DNA of 64,000 nt from NCBI GenBank assembly GCA_050250895.1, contig JBFWNU010000003.1:427302-491301 (forward strand), in the 5' to 3' direction. The DNA comes from Vulcanimicrobiota bacterium. Its GTDB lineage: Bacteria; Vulcanimicrobiota; Xenobia; Xenobiales; JADMJV01. The notes beneath the pieces were generated by a model. That model was given only the letters and a program-made list of their open reading frames with translations, did not search any database and was not told where the DNA came from. The position numbers and the translations under genes are program-made. Positions 7,709 through 17,980 of the stretch are shown here, piece by piece. The stretch's first letter is position 1. The number at the start of each line of letters is the position of its first letter.

Positions 7709-10701
7709 TTGTGCCACCCCGCTGCCGAGACTCGGAAGCTGACCGGCGGAGGACCGATGTCGACCGCTTCGCCGCTGTTGAGTTTGTCGCCGTAGCGCAG
7801 CTCCATACCACGCTCGAGCCAGTTGTCGGAGGTCTCCATCGGCAAGTAGAGCGAGGCGCGGTTGAAGTAGGGATAGTAGAGCAGCTGGCGGGCTTTTACC
7901 GAACCGTTGCGGCTGAGCATCGTGCCCACGGTGCGCTCGGCGCCGATGTTGATGTCGCCTTCGGCCAGGAACATTCCGGTGGCCAGGCGGGCGGTGTTGT
8001 GGATGTTGATGTTCTGGCCCGAGTAGACCAGCAGGCCAGAGTATTCGCGCAGGTAGTTGTTCTCGACGATGGTGTCGATGTTGCTGGTGAGGCTGTCGAG
8101 GGCGTCTTTGGCGTCGGCGCTAAAAGCGTCGTCGAGCAGTCCGGTCAAGAAGTCTTCGGCCGTGACCAGCTTGTTGCCGCGGTCGACCAGGTTGTCGGTG
8201 ACGGTGTCGATGACGGTGGCTACCGTGCCGATTTCGGCCGGGGCCACCGCGGCGGCGACTTCTTCCACCAGCTCTTGAATGATTTCTTCGGTGACGTATT
8301 TGACCATACCCTCGATGGCCTGGTCTTTGAAGTCGGAGAGAGCCGTTTCGAAATCGATGTCCGGCAGCGAGATGGGGGCAAACGAGACGCTCGAGAGGGC
8401 AGCCGCGGCTTTGACCGGGTCAAGCTTGGGAGCCATCGGCACGCCACCCTGGCCGAAGGGCCACCAGTCGCTCTGCAGATAGAGGTTCTCGCCCAGCGTC
8501 AGGTTGAGGCTGGTGGTGTAGACGTAGCTCAGCGCGTGGGCTACGGGCACCAGGATGTTCTTCTTGGGCAGGGGCACGGGGGTGGGGATGGGGATGGGGG
8601 GATTGAAGATGGTGGGAGGGATGATGGTGAGCTGGAAAGTGGTGGCAAAGCGCGCGAAGTAGGGGTGGCGCAGGTGGAAGGGGCCGGCCGCTTTGGAAGC
8701 GTTGGGAGCCAGTTCGCTGATGAGGGGATAGAGGATGTCGTGAGCCATCGCCTGGAAGGTGGGGAAGTCTTCGAGCAGCGACGAGACCAGGTCGTCGAGG
8801 GGAGCGCCGGCGTAGATGCCGTAAGGGATGGTCACATCGCCGTCGACCATCAGGGCCGAGGTGATGGGGTGCACTTCGCCGGGCTCGGCGCCGACCATCA
8901 TCGAGCCGAATTCCGAGCTGCCCTGGCATTCGAAGTTGCCGCGCACGATGAGGGTGGCTCCCTCTTCGAGAAAGACGCGGCCGCTGGGTTTGAAGGGCGA
9001 GTCGGGGGTGACTCCGGGAGGAGCCACTACGCGCAGGTTGCCGCTGACAGCCATGACCGAGCCGCGTTGCAGCCACAGGTCACCCTGGATTTCCATGTTC
9101 TTGGTGAAGCGCAGGGTGCGACCGCGGGGCACGGTCCAGCTGGCGCGTGAGGTGAAGGTCGAGCCGAAGTCGAAGAACGGCACGTTGTCTTCGTCGCCGA
9201 AGTGGACCAGGCGCACGCGGGCGACCAGGCGGTTGGCGATGTTCTTGAAGTTGCCGGTAAGGGTGTCGGTGAGCAGGCCCAGCATGTTCTCCATCACAGG
9301 AGAGTAGGCCCAACCGAACTGTCCGTCGGTGCCGCTGGGGTCCTGGGCGCGGGTCTGGGGGATGGGGCTCGAGCCCGAGGCCATCATCGCGTCGACGGCC
9401 GATTCGCCTTGAGCCTGCAGGTCCTTGATGGCGTCGATCTGGTCGTCGTAGTCGTCTTTGGCGTCGTCGAGGTTGTTTTCGGCCTCGATGAGTTCAGCCA
9501 GAGCGGCGTCTTTAGCCGAGCCGGTGGCTTCGTCGTATTTCTTTTTGGCTTTGTCGCGCAGGACGGCGGCCTCGTCGACGGCTTTTTTCAGGTCGTTGAG
9601 TTTCTTGGCGGCCTCTTCGCTGGAGGCCATCAGGCTCTCGAATTCGGAGCTGCTGCCGTAGCCGCCGCTGCCGTCGGGAGCGTAGGGCACGTGGAACCAA
9701 AACTGGAAGAACACGCCGGGAACGGTGGCGCTAAAGCCGGGAATCATCGGCAGGGGGAAGTCCATGGCGGAGTGCAGGCCGAGCACGTTCTCGAGGGTGG
9801 CTCCGCCATCGTCGAAGAACAGGTCGAGAATACCGCCGATGGTCAGTTCGGGACCGGCGATCAGGGCCGTTTTGTCACCCGAGACGGTGCGGGCCTCGAG
9901 GGTGTCGCGGGCCGTTTGGACCTGCGAGAAGAGGTCGTTTTCGTAGGGCTCAAGGGGGAGGGGACCGTTGAAGCCGATGGCTTGACCGTCTTCAATGGTG
10001 ACTGCGCCGGCGCTCGAGTGCGCCTCGCCGTAGGGAAAGTTGTCGACATCGATGTTGTTCTTGGCGCCCACGAAGAGTGGGATACCCGAGTAGCTCTCGA
10101 GGGTGTCGCCTTCGTCCTCGAAGGTGGGGTTGGCCCAGGCGTAGGCCTGCTCGAGGTCGACCGAGCCGTTGGGGGCGTAGACGGCATAGCCAGGAATCTG
10201 GCTCAGCACCAGGTCGTATTTGCGGTTGCCCCATACGCGCAGCGACGAATCCGAAGTCTGGGGAGTGACTTCATAGTAGTCGTGGCCGGGCGCGGCTTCG
10301 ATGGTGCGCAAATCGGGTAGACCGGTCCACTCGTTGGGGTTGCGGTCGAAGAGCTTCTGCCCGTAGGCGGGGGGGATGGGGTCGGCTGCTTCAGGAGTGG
10401 TGCTGGTCATGGCCGCTTTGACCGTAGTGGAAGGGGCGTCGCCCTTTCCGATGGCCTCGCGGATGGCGAACTGCTCGCCCTCGCGGTAACGCAGTTCAGC
10501 TTCGGCCTGGGTGTAGGCGCGCCGAGCAACACTCTGCTGATGATGAAGGGCCAATAGGGACGTTAGGAGAATTCCTATTACGACAAGTGTCATCATGAGA
10601 ACGTTGCCGGAACGGCGCCCGCGTCTTCGTTTCGAATGCGCGGGCAGGGTTGTTATCGAATGACAGCCATCCGGCTGTCCGTGGGGATGGTACATAAGCA
10701 C
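7705..10701 (-). CDS. Large PilX-like protein with coiled coil and beta-helix-like segments (start uncertain)
   Basis: RRSG|NVLMM plus hydrophobic helix; coiled coil (AAKKLNDLKKAVDEA); first gene of a pilin cassette. Confidence 0.7.
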   Translation of the reverse strand: MLMYHPHGQPDGCHSITTLPAHSKRRRGRRSGNVLMMTLVVIGILLTSLLALHHQQSVARRAYTQAEAELRYREGEQFAIREAIGKGDAPSTTVKAAMTSTTPEAADPIPPAYGQKLFDRNPNEWTGLPDLRTIEAAPGHDYYEVTPQTSDSSLRVWGNRKYDLVLSQIPGYAVYAPNGSVDLEQAYAWANPTFEDEGDTLESYSGIPLFVGAKNNIDVDNFPYGEAHSSAGAVTIEDGQAIGFNGPLPLEPYENDLFSQVQTARDTLEARTVSGDKTALIAGPELTIGGILDLFFDDGGATLENVLGLHSAMDFPLPMIPGFSATVPGVFFQFWFHVPYAPDGSGGYGSSSEFESLMASSEEAAKKLNDLKKAVDEAAVLRDKAKKKYDEATGSAKDAALAELIEAENNLDDAKDDYDDQIDAIKDLQAQGESAVDAMMASGSSPIPQTRAQDPSGTDGQFGWAYSPVMENMLGLLTDTLTGNFKNIANRLVARVRLVHFGDEDNVPFFDFGSTFTSRASWTVPRGRTLRFTKNMEIQGDLWLQRGSVMAVSGNLRVVAPPGVTPDSPFKPSGRVFLEEGATLIVRGNFECQGSSEFGSMMVGAEPGEVHPITSALMVDGDVTIPYGIYAGAPLDDLVSSLLEDFPTFQAMAHDILYPLISELAPNASKAAGPFHLRHPYFARFATTFQLTIIPPTIFNPPIPIPTPVPLPKKNILVPVAHALSYVYTTSLNLTLGENLYLQSDWWPFGQGGVPMAPKLDPVKAAAALSSVSFAPISLPDIDFETALSDFKDQAIEGMVKYVTEEIIQELVEEVAAAVAPAEIGTVATVIDTVTDNLVDRGNKLVTAEDFLTGLLDDAFSADAKDALDSLTSNIDTIVENNYLREYSGLLVYSGQNINIHNTARLATGMFLAEGDINIGAERTVGTMLSRNGSVKARQLLYYPYFNRASLYLPMETSDNWLERGMELRYGDKLNSGEAVDIGPPPVSFRVSAAGWHK

Positions 10702-11011
10702 ACAACCTTCGCGTGGATTTCCGAGGAGCGACTGTGGCAGGAAGATCCTCGGGTAGTCTCATCATAAATAGGAATGATGTGCTATGCATGTGCTGAGTTT
10801 CACATAGTGAACGGGGCCACATGGGGTTCTGGTGATGGTCTGGGTCAAAAAGAGGACGGCCAAAGGCCGTCCTCTACTGGTTTTTCTAGCTGTCTGCGAC
10901 GTGCTTTTCAGCCGGTCACCTGGCTCGAAAAAGAACCCCTTTCACTTGTCGCCGTCAGGCGAAATCTCGGTGAAGCCGCTCCTTTTCCCAGCGCGCAGCG
11001 CTGCTCCCCGG

Positions 11012-11611
11012 CTAGTATTTTACCGAGCAGCCGTAAGAACGGGTGGTATCTTCGGCCACCGGCTTGCCGGCCATGGCCGAATTCAGGGCGGCGTCGACGT
11101 AGTTGGTCGCCTTGCCGATGTCGCTGGGGTTAGCCGAGGCGATGCTATCGATGGCGCCCTGATAGATCAACTGGCCCTTGGGGTTGACCACGAACATGTG
11201 GGGTGTGGTTTTGGCTCCATACTCGCGCCCTACTTTGCCGTCGGAGTCCAGCAGATAGGCGGTCGAGCTGTTCTTGCGGGAGGTCGACTCTTGCTTGGCC
11301 CCAGCCGCGTCATAATAGCCCTGTTTGCCGGGAGCCGACGAGCAGATGGCCAGCCAGACCACGTCTTTGCCGGTCCAGCGCTTCTGCAGCGACTGCATGT
11401 TGCCCGAGTCGTAGTGCTTCTTCACGAAGGGGCAGCCATAGTTGACCCATTCCAGCACCACATACTTGCCCTTGAAGTCGCTCAGCTTATAGGTCTTGCC
11501 GTCGGTCGCCTTGAGGGCGAAGTCGGGGGCCTGGCTGCCGGTGGACACCTGGGCCGAGGCCGAGGCCGCGCAGACGGCCAACAGTAACAGAGTAGAGAGA
11601 ATTCGTTTCAT
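11012..11611 (-). CDS. Exported redoxin (AhpC/TSA, thioredoxin fold)
   Basis: Signal peptide; [34 protein letters not shown]. Confidence 0.9.
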   Translation of the reverse strand: MKRILSTLLLLAVCAASASAQVSTGSQAPDFALKATDGKTYKLSDFKGKYVVLEWVNYGCPFVKKHYDSGNMQSLQKRWTGKDVVWLAICSSAPGKQGYYDAAGAKQESTSRKNSSTAYLLDSDGKVGREYGAKTTPHMFVVNPKGQLIYQGAIDSIASANPSDIGKATNYVDAALNSAMAGKPVAEDTTRSYGCSVKY

Positions 11612-11691
11612 AGGATAGTCCTCGCAATCGAAAAGGGATTAACGGTCTTGGTGGGACCATCCTTCCACGGTTTTTGTTTCGTGGTTTGGTC

Positions 11692-12696
11692 CTAGAATTC
11701 GGGGGGAGGCGGCGGAGCGCCGTTGGGCGGTCCACCCCCGGGCGGCAGAGGAGGCCGCTCCTGACCGGGACCGCCGGGGGGCGGGCCCGGCCAACCCTCG
11801 TCGCCTGAGCGAGGAAAGCGGCGGGTGTGGGTGGATTGACCCGGCCTCTCACGCGGAGGCGGCGGGGGAAATTGTCCCATGCGAGGTCGCGGTCGGTGAG
11901 GTCCGCCCTCGGGTTGCCAGGCCACCGGAGGAGGCCCGGGGGGTCCCGGCGGCGGCCCCGGGGGCTGGAAGTCTGGGGCCGGGGGCCTGAGCGGCAGACT
12001 CTTGTGAGTCGGGTAAGTCGGGCTGGGCAAGGTCAGTTCAGGATTCTTGCTCGGCACCCTGGGCGGAGTCCAGGACGAATCGCTGCTGGCGATCTTAGCG
12101 TCTGACGGCTCGTCGTCGTGCAGGCGCTGGCGACGCAGGTCGAGCATGCACTGGCTCATGAGCCGCAACACCTGGCGGGGCGGGTTTTCGCCCTGGAGCA
12201 GAGGACCCAGGTTGTCGAGGGCCAGCATCGGTTCACCCTGGTCGAGAAATTCTTTGACTTGCTGAACGTCGGCCGGGTCAAAGGGCTGAGGCGAGGGCGA
12301 CTCGCGGATGACTTCGCGCTGGGGAATGGGCAAGGCGGTGGAGGTCGGAGTGGCCGGCCGCAGCTGCCACGCTCCCAGGACCAGAGCCAGGGTGGCCGCC
12401 GCAATGCCTACCTTCTGCCAGGGCATGGCCGGTTTGGAAGCCAGAAATCCCAGGTGCTCGGTAGCCACGGCCCCAACCGGGCGCGCGCCGCGCCGGAGCA
12501 AGAGTTCGCTCAGCTGCATTTTGAGGTCGGGGTCTTTGTCGGCCTGGAAGACCGCCTCGAGAGGCGTGCGGCCGTTGCGATCGGGGAAGTTCGGGTCGGC
12601 ACCCTGCTCGAGCCAGAAACGCACATCCTCGAGCGTTCCGTTCTCGATCGCGCGGATGAGGGGGGTGGATTCGCTTTTTCGGTCTATCTTCGCCAC
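11692..12696 (-). CDS. Ankyrin-repeat membrane protein with Pro-rich C-terminus
   Basis: TPLIRA...LEQGADPN...GRTPL ankyrin repeats; one TM helix; PPGPPPGP tail. Confidence 0.75.
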   Translation of the reverse strand: MAKIDRKSESTPLIRAIENGTLEDVRFWLEQGADPNFPDRNGRTPLEAVFQADKDPDLKMQLSELLLRRGARPVGAVATEHLGFLASKPAMPWQKVGIAAATLALVLGAWQLRPATPTSTALPIPQREVIRESPSPQPFDPADVQQVKEFLDQGEPMLALDNLGPLLQGENPPRQVLRLMSQCMLDLRRQRLHDDEPSDAKIASSDSSWTPPRVPSKNPELTLPSPTYPTHKSLPLRPPAPDFQPPGPPPGPPGPPPVAWQPEGGPHRPRPRMGQFPPPPPRERPGQSTHTRRFPRSGDEGWPGPPPGGPGQERPPLPPGGGPPNGAPPPPPEF

Positions 12697-12770
12697 TCTT
12701 CTACTGTAGCGACGAAATGTGTAAAAAGTGCATCAGTTTGTACAAAGTTCGCACCACACCCTTGCCTGGA

Positions 12771-12792
12771 AATGTTACGCTGATTTAACATT
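12771..12792. promoter_or_regulatory. Candidate operator (inverted repeat)
   Basis: AATGTTA-N8-TAACATT perfect dyad in an AT-rich intergenic segment. Confidence 0.4.
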
Positions 12793-12870
12793 CGCCACTC
12801 CCAACCCAAAGACCTCATCAAGTTCGCGGGGCTAATCTCGGGCTAGCCAGACGAATGCGGGGAGTAGTGT

Positions 12871-13293
12871 GTGAGTCAGCCCGGCCGGTGAGCGCTAAAG
12901 CAGCGAACCCGCCCGGCGGCGTCCGGGCCGGGGCCTGACCGGGCGAGCTTTGCCAGGCCGGACAGCCAGGGCTCGTCCGGTCCGCTTCCCGACATCGCCA
13001 GTTGGGGCCGCCACGGCGAGAACTTCGGACGCCTGACCGAAGAGGCCGTGCGCAACTTCCAGCGTGAGGACGGGGTGGGCGAGGCTAACCAGGGGCAGCG
13101 GGAGGTCAGCCGGGCCCAATCCGTCGCTTCGTCCCAACCTGGGGCGAATTGCCTCGTTCCATGTTCTCGGACTATGCCATCTGGGAGACTTCGGCCGGCC
13201 GGCTCGAAGGACAGGAGAGGCTGGCCGCCCAGCTGGGGATCCGCACGCTGGTTTCGAGCGACACTTACAACTATGCGGCCCGACGCTTTTTAG
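12871..13293 (+). pseudogene. Degraded peptidoglycan-binding-domain gene
   Basis: GENFGRLTEEAVRNFQREDG matches the PG_binding_1 pattern; in-frame TGA at 12889 after a GTG with a GGGGAG RBS. Confidence 0.4.
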
Positions 13294-13333
13294 CCCAGAT
13301 GATGCCTAGCCGGGCCGCTGGGCTTAGTAGGGG

Positions 13334-14422
13334 ATGCCCCTATGGTTGTGGAACCCGGCCCCCATGAGCAGCATGGAGGGGTTTGCCGCTTCCGACCCGA
13401 TCGCTTTCACCAACCTGGCCGTGCCCAGCGCGGAGCTACTTAGTAGCTTCGAAGAATACGGCATGTCGCCTTTCGACGTGCAACACGTCACCCGGCCTCT
13501 GCTGGGAATGTTGGCGGACGAGTCGCCTTTTAAGCTGGTGCGCTACGCCGACGGGGTCTCTTATGACTGGGCCTATCGATTGGCCCTTTCGGTGATGCCC
13601 AAAGGGGGCCTGGTGGTGGGTCAGCTCAACGGCTCGCCGGCAATGTTCGCCGATGGTCTGTCGTGCGAAGACTCCGAGCATATCTATCAGCAGATTAAGC
13701 ACCTGTATGACAATTGGCGCAACACTCCGCGCCTGACCAACGACATTCAACCCGGAGCCAAGACCCACATCGAGGCGCGAGCCAAGGACTTCGTCGCACG
13801 ACTCAAGCAGCCGGCTCGGGTCCTGGATCTCGGCTCGGTGGGGGCCGGGCCGACGCAGTATATGTTCGAGGGCGGCTTCCAAGGGTCATATCTCAAGATC
13901 GATAGCGATACCATCAGCCTGGCCGTGTTGGGTGATATCGCCCGCAAATACCCCGGGGTCAAGTTCGTGGGGGTCTGCGAGTCGTTAGAGAAGCTCGACA
14001 AAAAGAGCTTCAAAGTGCGGGTCGAACAGCGGCTGGGCGGCAAGGCCACAGGCCTGGTCTGCACCCACGTGCTGCACCAGTTGGGGCTGACCAAGATGCC
14101 TCTCGAGGTCTGGTTATCGCACTTCGAGCAGCTGCTTGAGCCGGGCGCACAGGTGCTGTTGGCCGACTTCTACTATCCCGAAAATGTTTCCGACGACGAG
14201 ATCGAACGGTCGCGTCGTATCTTGATGCAGCGGGTCGAGGACCATCCCGAATTAAAGGCCCAGGATTATTATTTCGGTGGGCGCGATGAGTACATCGACC
14301 CTGACGAGGTGCAAGAGATTCTCGAACTGAGTGGCTTTGAAGACTTCAAGCGCTGGTCGACGCCTTCTCTTGACGGGGTGCAGGAAGAGTTCTATGTGCT
14401 GGAGGCCCGGCGCAAGGGTTGA
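13334..14422 (+). CDS. Class I SAM-dependent methyltransferase
   Basis: RVLDLGSVGAG motif I, HVLHQL, LLEPGAQVLLADF; start may be 13364. Confidence 0.75.
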   Translation: MPLWLWNPAPMSSMEGFAASDPIAFTNLAVPSAELLSSFEEYGMSPFDVQHVTRPLLGMLADESPFKLVRYADGVSYDWAYRLALSVMPKGGLVVGQLNGSPAMFADGLSCEDSEHIYQQIKHLYDNWRNTPRLTNDIQPGAKTHIEARAKDFVARLKQPARVLDLGSVGAGPTQYMFEGGFQGSYLKIDSDTISLAVLGDIARKYPGVKFVGVCESLEKLDKKSFKVRVEQRLGGKATGLVCTHVLHQLGLTKMPLEVWLSHFEQLLEPGAQVLLADFYYPENVSDDEIERSRRILMQRVEDHPELKAQDYYFGGRDEYIDPDEVQEILELSGFEDFKRWSTPSLDGVQEEFYVLEARRKG

Positions 14423-14715
14423 GAAAGACATTTTCTGTCGAGCTACCGGCCGAGGTGGTCGATTGGCTCGAGTCCCAGCCAGACCGGGGCGCCGATCTCA
14501 TCGAGGGCGTGGCCCGCGAGAAAATGGCCTTTGCCGTCGAGGTCCCGGTTTCTCCCGAGGTCGACGGCTTGCTGATGGGCGTGACCGACCCCGCCTTGGC
14601 GGGGCGCTTGCGGGCCCTGGCTCGGTATCCCCAGTTGATTCAGGCTGTCACTGCGGATTTGGTGACCATCGAGCGGGCCGAGGCCATGGCCGTCGAGGCC
14701 GACAACCGTCGCTGA
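14419..14715 (+). CDS. Hypothetical protein (possible ribbon-helix-helix N-terminus)
   Basis: Coupled to both neighbours; KTFSVELPAEVVDWLE. Confidence 0.45.
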   Translation: MRKTFSVELPAEVVDWLESQPDRGADLIEGVAREKMAFAVEVPVSPEVDGLLMGVTDPALAGRLRALARYPQLIQAVTADLVTIERAEAMAVEADNRR

Positions 14716-14716
14716 C

Positions 14717-15694
14717 GTGAGGGATTGCTTCCCCAGGCTGGCCCTGGTTCTTCTGCTGGTCGTCGGCCCCGGCTGCCAAAGCGCCGTCACCCCCGAGAGG
14801 CAGTTGACCCCTTTCGCTACGATCGCCCATAAGCCACTCAAAGAGCTGAGCGGAATGGTGGCGAGTCGCACCTATCCCGGCGTGCTCTGGGTCCATAACG
14901 ACAGCGGCAACGAGCCGGCTCTGTTCGCTATCGACTCGGATGGTCGAGTCCTCTTGCCCGAGCCGTGGGCCGAGCGGGGCCACGTCATCGGTGTCAAGAA
15001 ATCCAAGCGCAAGACGCTCTTCGCGGGCGTCCCCGTAGAGGGGGCCTCCAACCGCGACTGGGAGGCCCTGGCTATCGACGGAGATCACCTCTACGTGTGT
15101 GACCTGGGCAACAATGACAACGAACGCCGGGATCTTACGGTTTATGTCGTGGCTGAGCCCCGCCCCGCCACCGCCTCCACCACCCGAGTTCTGAGAAAGT
15201 TACTGGTGGCTTATCCTGACCAGAAAAATTTTCCCCCCGACCGAAACTGGGAGTATGATTGTGAGGCCACATTTGTCTATGACCACAATCTCTATTTTCT
15301 CACCAAGCACCGCCCCAGGACCAAAGCGGAAGGCCCCGTGACCAGCACCAAACTCTACCGGCTGGACACTCAAGACCCCACTCGCGTCAACCAGCTCACC
15401 CTGGTGGAGCGCCAATCCGATCTGGGCGGTTGGGTCACCGACGCCGACCTTTCACCCGACGGCCGCATCCTCGCCGTCCTCTGCGAAGCGCCTGTCCAGT
15501 CGGTGTGGCTTTTCGACACTCCCGCCAGCGGAGATCGATTTCTCTCCTCCCGGGCCAGGCGACTGGTCTTTGCCGGGGCCGGCCAGTGCGAGGCGCTCGC
15601 TTTTGTAGACAATCACCGGCTTCTGATGGGTAACGAGGACAATCAGTTATTCATGCTCGATGTCAAGGCTTTCCCTCCCCACCCCGCTCCGTGA
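14717..15694 (+). CDS. Exported beta-propeller-like (phytase/SdiA-regulated-like) lipoprotein, copy 1
   Basis: ELSGMVASR, WVHNDSG, DWEALA, CDLGNN, YDCEA, QCEAL motifs; paralog at 28829. Confidence 0.75.
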   Translation: MRDCFPRLALVLLLVVGPGCQSAVTPERQLTPFATIAHKPLKELSGMVASRTYPGVLWVHNDSGNEPALFAIDSDGRVLLPEPWAERGHVIGVKKSKRKTLFAGVPVEGASNRDWEALAIDGDHLYVCDLGNNDNERRDLTVYVVAEPRPATASTTRVLRKLLVAYPDQKNFPPDRNWEYDCEATFVYDHNLYFLTKHRPRTKAEGPVTSTKLYRLDTQDPTRVNQLTLVERQSDLGGWVTDADLSPDGRILAVLCEAPVQSVWLFDTPASGDRFLSSRARRLVFAGAGQCEALAFVDNHRLLMGNEDNQLFMLDVKAFPPHPAP

Positions 15695-15840
15695 CCTGCG
15701 GGTTCCTGGTCAACCGGCCTCGGCGCGCTGGAGCGAAAGCCACACCACCGGGCGTAGGCCCTGGCACCGACCCACGGCAGGTTGGCGGCCGGGCTATGGG
15801 CTGGGTTCTCGTGGTAATCCAGTAATTCTGCCTTGGTCAT
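15643..15840 (-). pseudogene. Fragment of an FGE-sulfatase domain gene
   Basis: SPAANLPWVGARAYARWCGFR aligns by eye with [21 protein letters not shown] of the 48473 ORF; only 65 aa. Confidence 0.55.
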
Positions 15841-16688
15841 GGGGCGGTGACGGTCGTCACGAAGCGGCCGAGTTCCTGGTTGTTGGAGTCCACTGCCGTC
15901 CAGGTCAGACTGTCGCCTGGTTCGAGACTCCCGTCGGTCGAGAACTGGATGGTGAGGAGCTCGTCGGAAGTCAACGGGACGGTTCGGCGGAATCGAATCG
16001 AGCCGTCAGGCACCTGCTCTTGGTCAAATCCGGCGTCTCCATTGTCGGGGGTTACGAAGTTCGTGTAGCCTGTGACCACCGTATTTAGGTTGTGTTCGGG
16101 ATTTTCAGACTGATTCAACTGGAGGCCCGAGATCTGGTTGTTTAAGGTGCTCGTGGGCTTGAGTTGAAAGTTGAACGACAAGAAATTTGTGTCTACGCTG
16201 ATCGCCACAGCTGCCAGAAACTGGTCCGCCAAATCCTGGGCGATATCCATGAAGTCAGGGTCGTTAATCACTACGTCGCCCATGGGGCTTACCATCACGC
16301 CGAGTCTCGCAATGCCAATCAATCTTCCGGTCGCGGAGAATTGGATCACCAGATCGGTGAGGTCCGTGGGAACATTGTCAAGAATAATCGTGGGTTCCTT
16401 CGGGACGTCGTTTCTAGTAAAGACTGTCGTCGTTACTGGGCTAGAATTCCCGCTTTCGTCCTGAACGACATCGGTCCGCGTCCCGATAAAATTGAAGCTC
16501 GTTACCTCCGCCGGCACTTCGCGATTCAGCAAGTTGAAATTGATCGTGATCCGGCCGAATTGGGGCTGAACCGCCCCAGGGTTGGGATTGCCCTGTAGAT
16601 TGCTACCTTCACCAAAATCGGTGCCTTCTTCGCAACCGGCGAGTCCCAACAGAAACGCGCAAAGCAAGAGTTGAAGAATCCTCTTCAT
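15837..16688 (-). CDS. Hypothetical lipoprotein
   Basis: Lipobox LAG|C; GAGGA RBS; beta-rich; lower GC than flanks. Confidence 0.75.
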   Translation of the reverse strand: MKRILQLLLCAFLLGLAGCEEGTDFGEGSNLQGNPNPGAVQPQFGRITINFNLLNREVPAEVTSFNFIGTRTDVVQDESGNSSPVTTTVFTRNDVPKEPTIILDNVPTDLTDLVIQFSATGRLIGIARLGVMVSPMGDVVINDPDFMDIAQDLADQFLAAVAISVDTNFLSFNFQLKPTSTLNNQISGLQLNQSENPEHNLNTVVTGYTNFVTPDNGDAGFDQEQVPDGSIRFRRTVPLTSDELLTIQFSTDGSLEPGDSLTWTAVDSNNQELGRFVTTVTAP

Positions 16689-16886
16689 GGTTGTTCCTCT
16701 CTGGTGTGGCTTGGATTTGCCGATGAAGCTGCATCCTCGTCCTCAAGGAGTTCACCGGGACGTAACTCTGAGCGCCTGGTCGACATCGACCCATGATACA
16801 GGTGCAGACCTTCGCAAGACTTTCCATTTTGTCCGAATTTTGGAGTGTTTTCTCCCATAGCAATGGGCGGGCCGGCCTGACGGGGC

Positions 16887-17834
16887 TCAGGATGGAAACA
16901 TCGAGCGGGTGGCTTCGGTTTTGTCCGATTCGCCATCGAGGACGGGGAGACAAAGGTCGAGGGAGAGCCCGCCGAGAGTCGCGACCACAAGCTTACGGAA
17001 GTCCGTCTTGCTTATGAACTGCTCGGGGTATTCCTCGAGGCCGAACGATGTGCGCAGCCGGAAGGGTGAGGCAGGAAGCCACTTCTCGTAGAACCGTCGC
17101 CAGGCGGCCTCGAGGGCGACGACGCTGCCCTGGGCGTGATGGATCGCCATCAGCCCGGCGGGCAACTCGCGCAGGTGAAAGTGGTTGGGAATGTCGCTAG
17201 AAGTGAACTCTGGCACGAGGACGGCGCTTTCATAGCGATACGTTGGCTCGGTGCAGTTCCAGTCGTCAAACCATAGTCCGAAGTAGCGAACACCGACCTG
17301 GGGAGGCCTGCTCTCGAGCCAGTTCACCAGTTCGGTCCAGGCTTTCGTGATGTCAGAGAGTGTCGAGTAGGTTCGCAGGCAGATGAGCCGCTGCCCTGGC
17401 CAGCGTTCGACCCTCACCGAGGTGGCCTCGCCGCCCTTTGCTTGATAACGCCCCTGGTCGCTTACGAGCAGGGCGCGTCTTCGGAAGAGGTTTGGGGAGA
17501 GGCCAAACAGCTTGCCGAAGGCCCGGGTGAAGCTCGATGGAGTCGAAAACCCGCAGGTGACGGCCACTTCCGAACATGACATCTCGGACGAGAGCAGAAA
17601 GCTGGCCGCCGCCTCCAGACGGAGCCGCATGACGTGGTTCTTGTAGGACTCACCGACAATGGTTCGAAAGGCCAGGTGGAAATGAGAGCGTGACAGCCCG
17701 ACGAGAGCCGCCATCTTGGCGGCGGACGGGGGGTTCGAAAGCCCGGACTCCAGGATCCGCACCGCTTGCAAGACTGAGGACCGAAGCTCAAGTTGAGTCG
17801 TATTCTTCTTGGCCAGATGCGAAAGGTCGAGCAC
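16887..17834 (-). CDS. AraC-family regulator with GyrI-like effector domain
   Basis: LSRSHFHLAF, RLRLEAAA, CGFSTPSSFTRAF; C-terminal YEKWLPAS. Confidence 0.88.
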   Translation of the reverse strand: MLDLSHLAKKNTTQLELRSSVLQAVRILESGLSNPPSAAKMAALVGLSRSHFHLAFRTIVGESYKNHVMRLRLEAAASFLLSSEMSCSEVAVTCGFSTPSSFTRAFGKLFGLSPNLFRRRALLVSDQGRYQAKGGEATSVRVERWPGQRLICLRTYSTLSDITKAWTELVNWLESRPPQVGVRYFGLWFDDWNCTEPTYRYESAVLVPEFTSSDIPNHFHLRELPAGLMAIHHAQGSVVALEAAWRRFYEKWLPASPFRLRTSFGLEEYPEQFISKTDFRKLVVATLGGLSLDLCLPVLDGESDKTEATRSMFPS

Positions 17835-17980
17835 TCCCCCAGGTCCCCCCGGGGAGACTACTCGACTTTTTATCCCGTTCCTTCTGGAGTGACCGCCGAA
17901 GTGTTAGAGTTGTTGGTTGATGGCGGCCACGGACCTCCACTGAGCCACAGCTCTTTCAGACAACGCGGCCACAGGCCTGG

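Noticed and set aside
10799-10811. TTCAC-ATA-GTGAA dyad upstream of the pilin cassette
   Set aside because: Short, single occurrence, and does not match Rex or CRP site geometry.
11692-12000. G/C-rich runs as a DNA repeat or G-quadruplex element
   Set aside because: Explained by Pro/Gly codons of the ankyrin protein tail.
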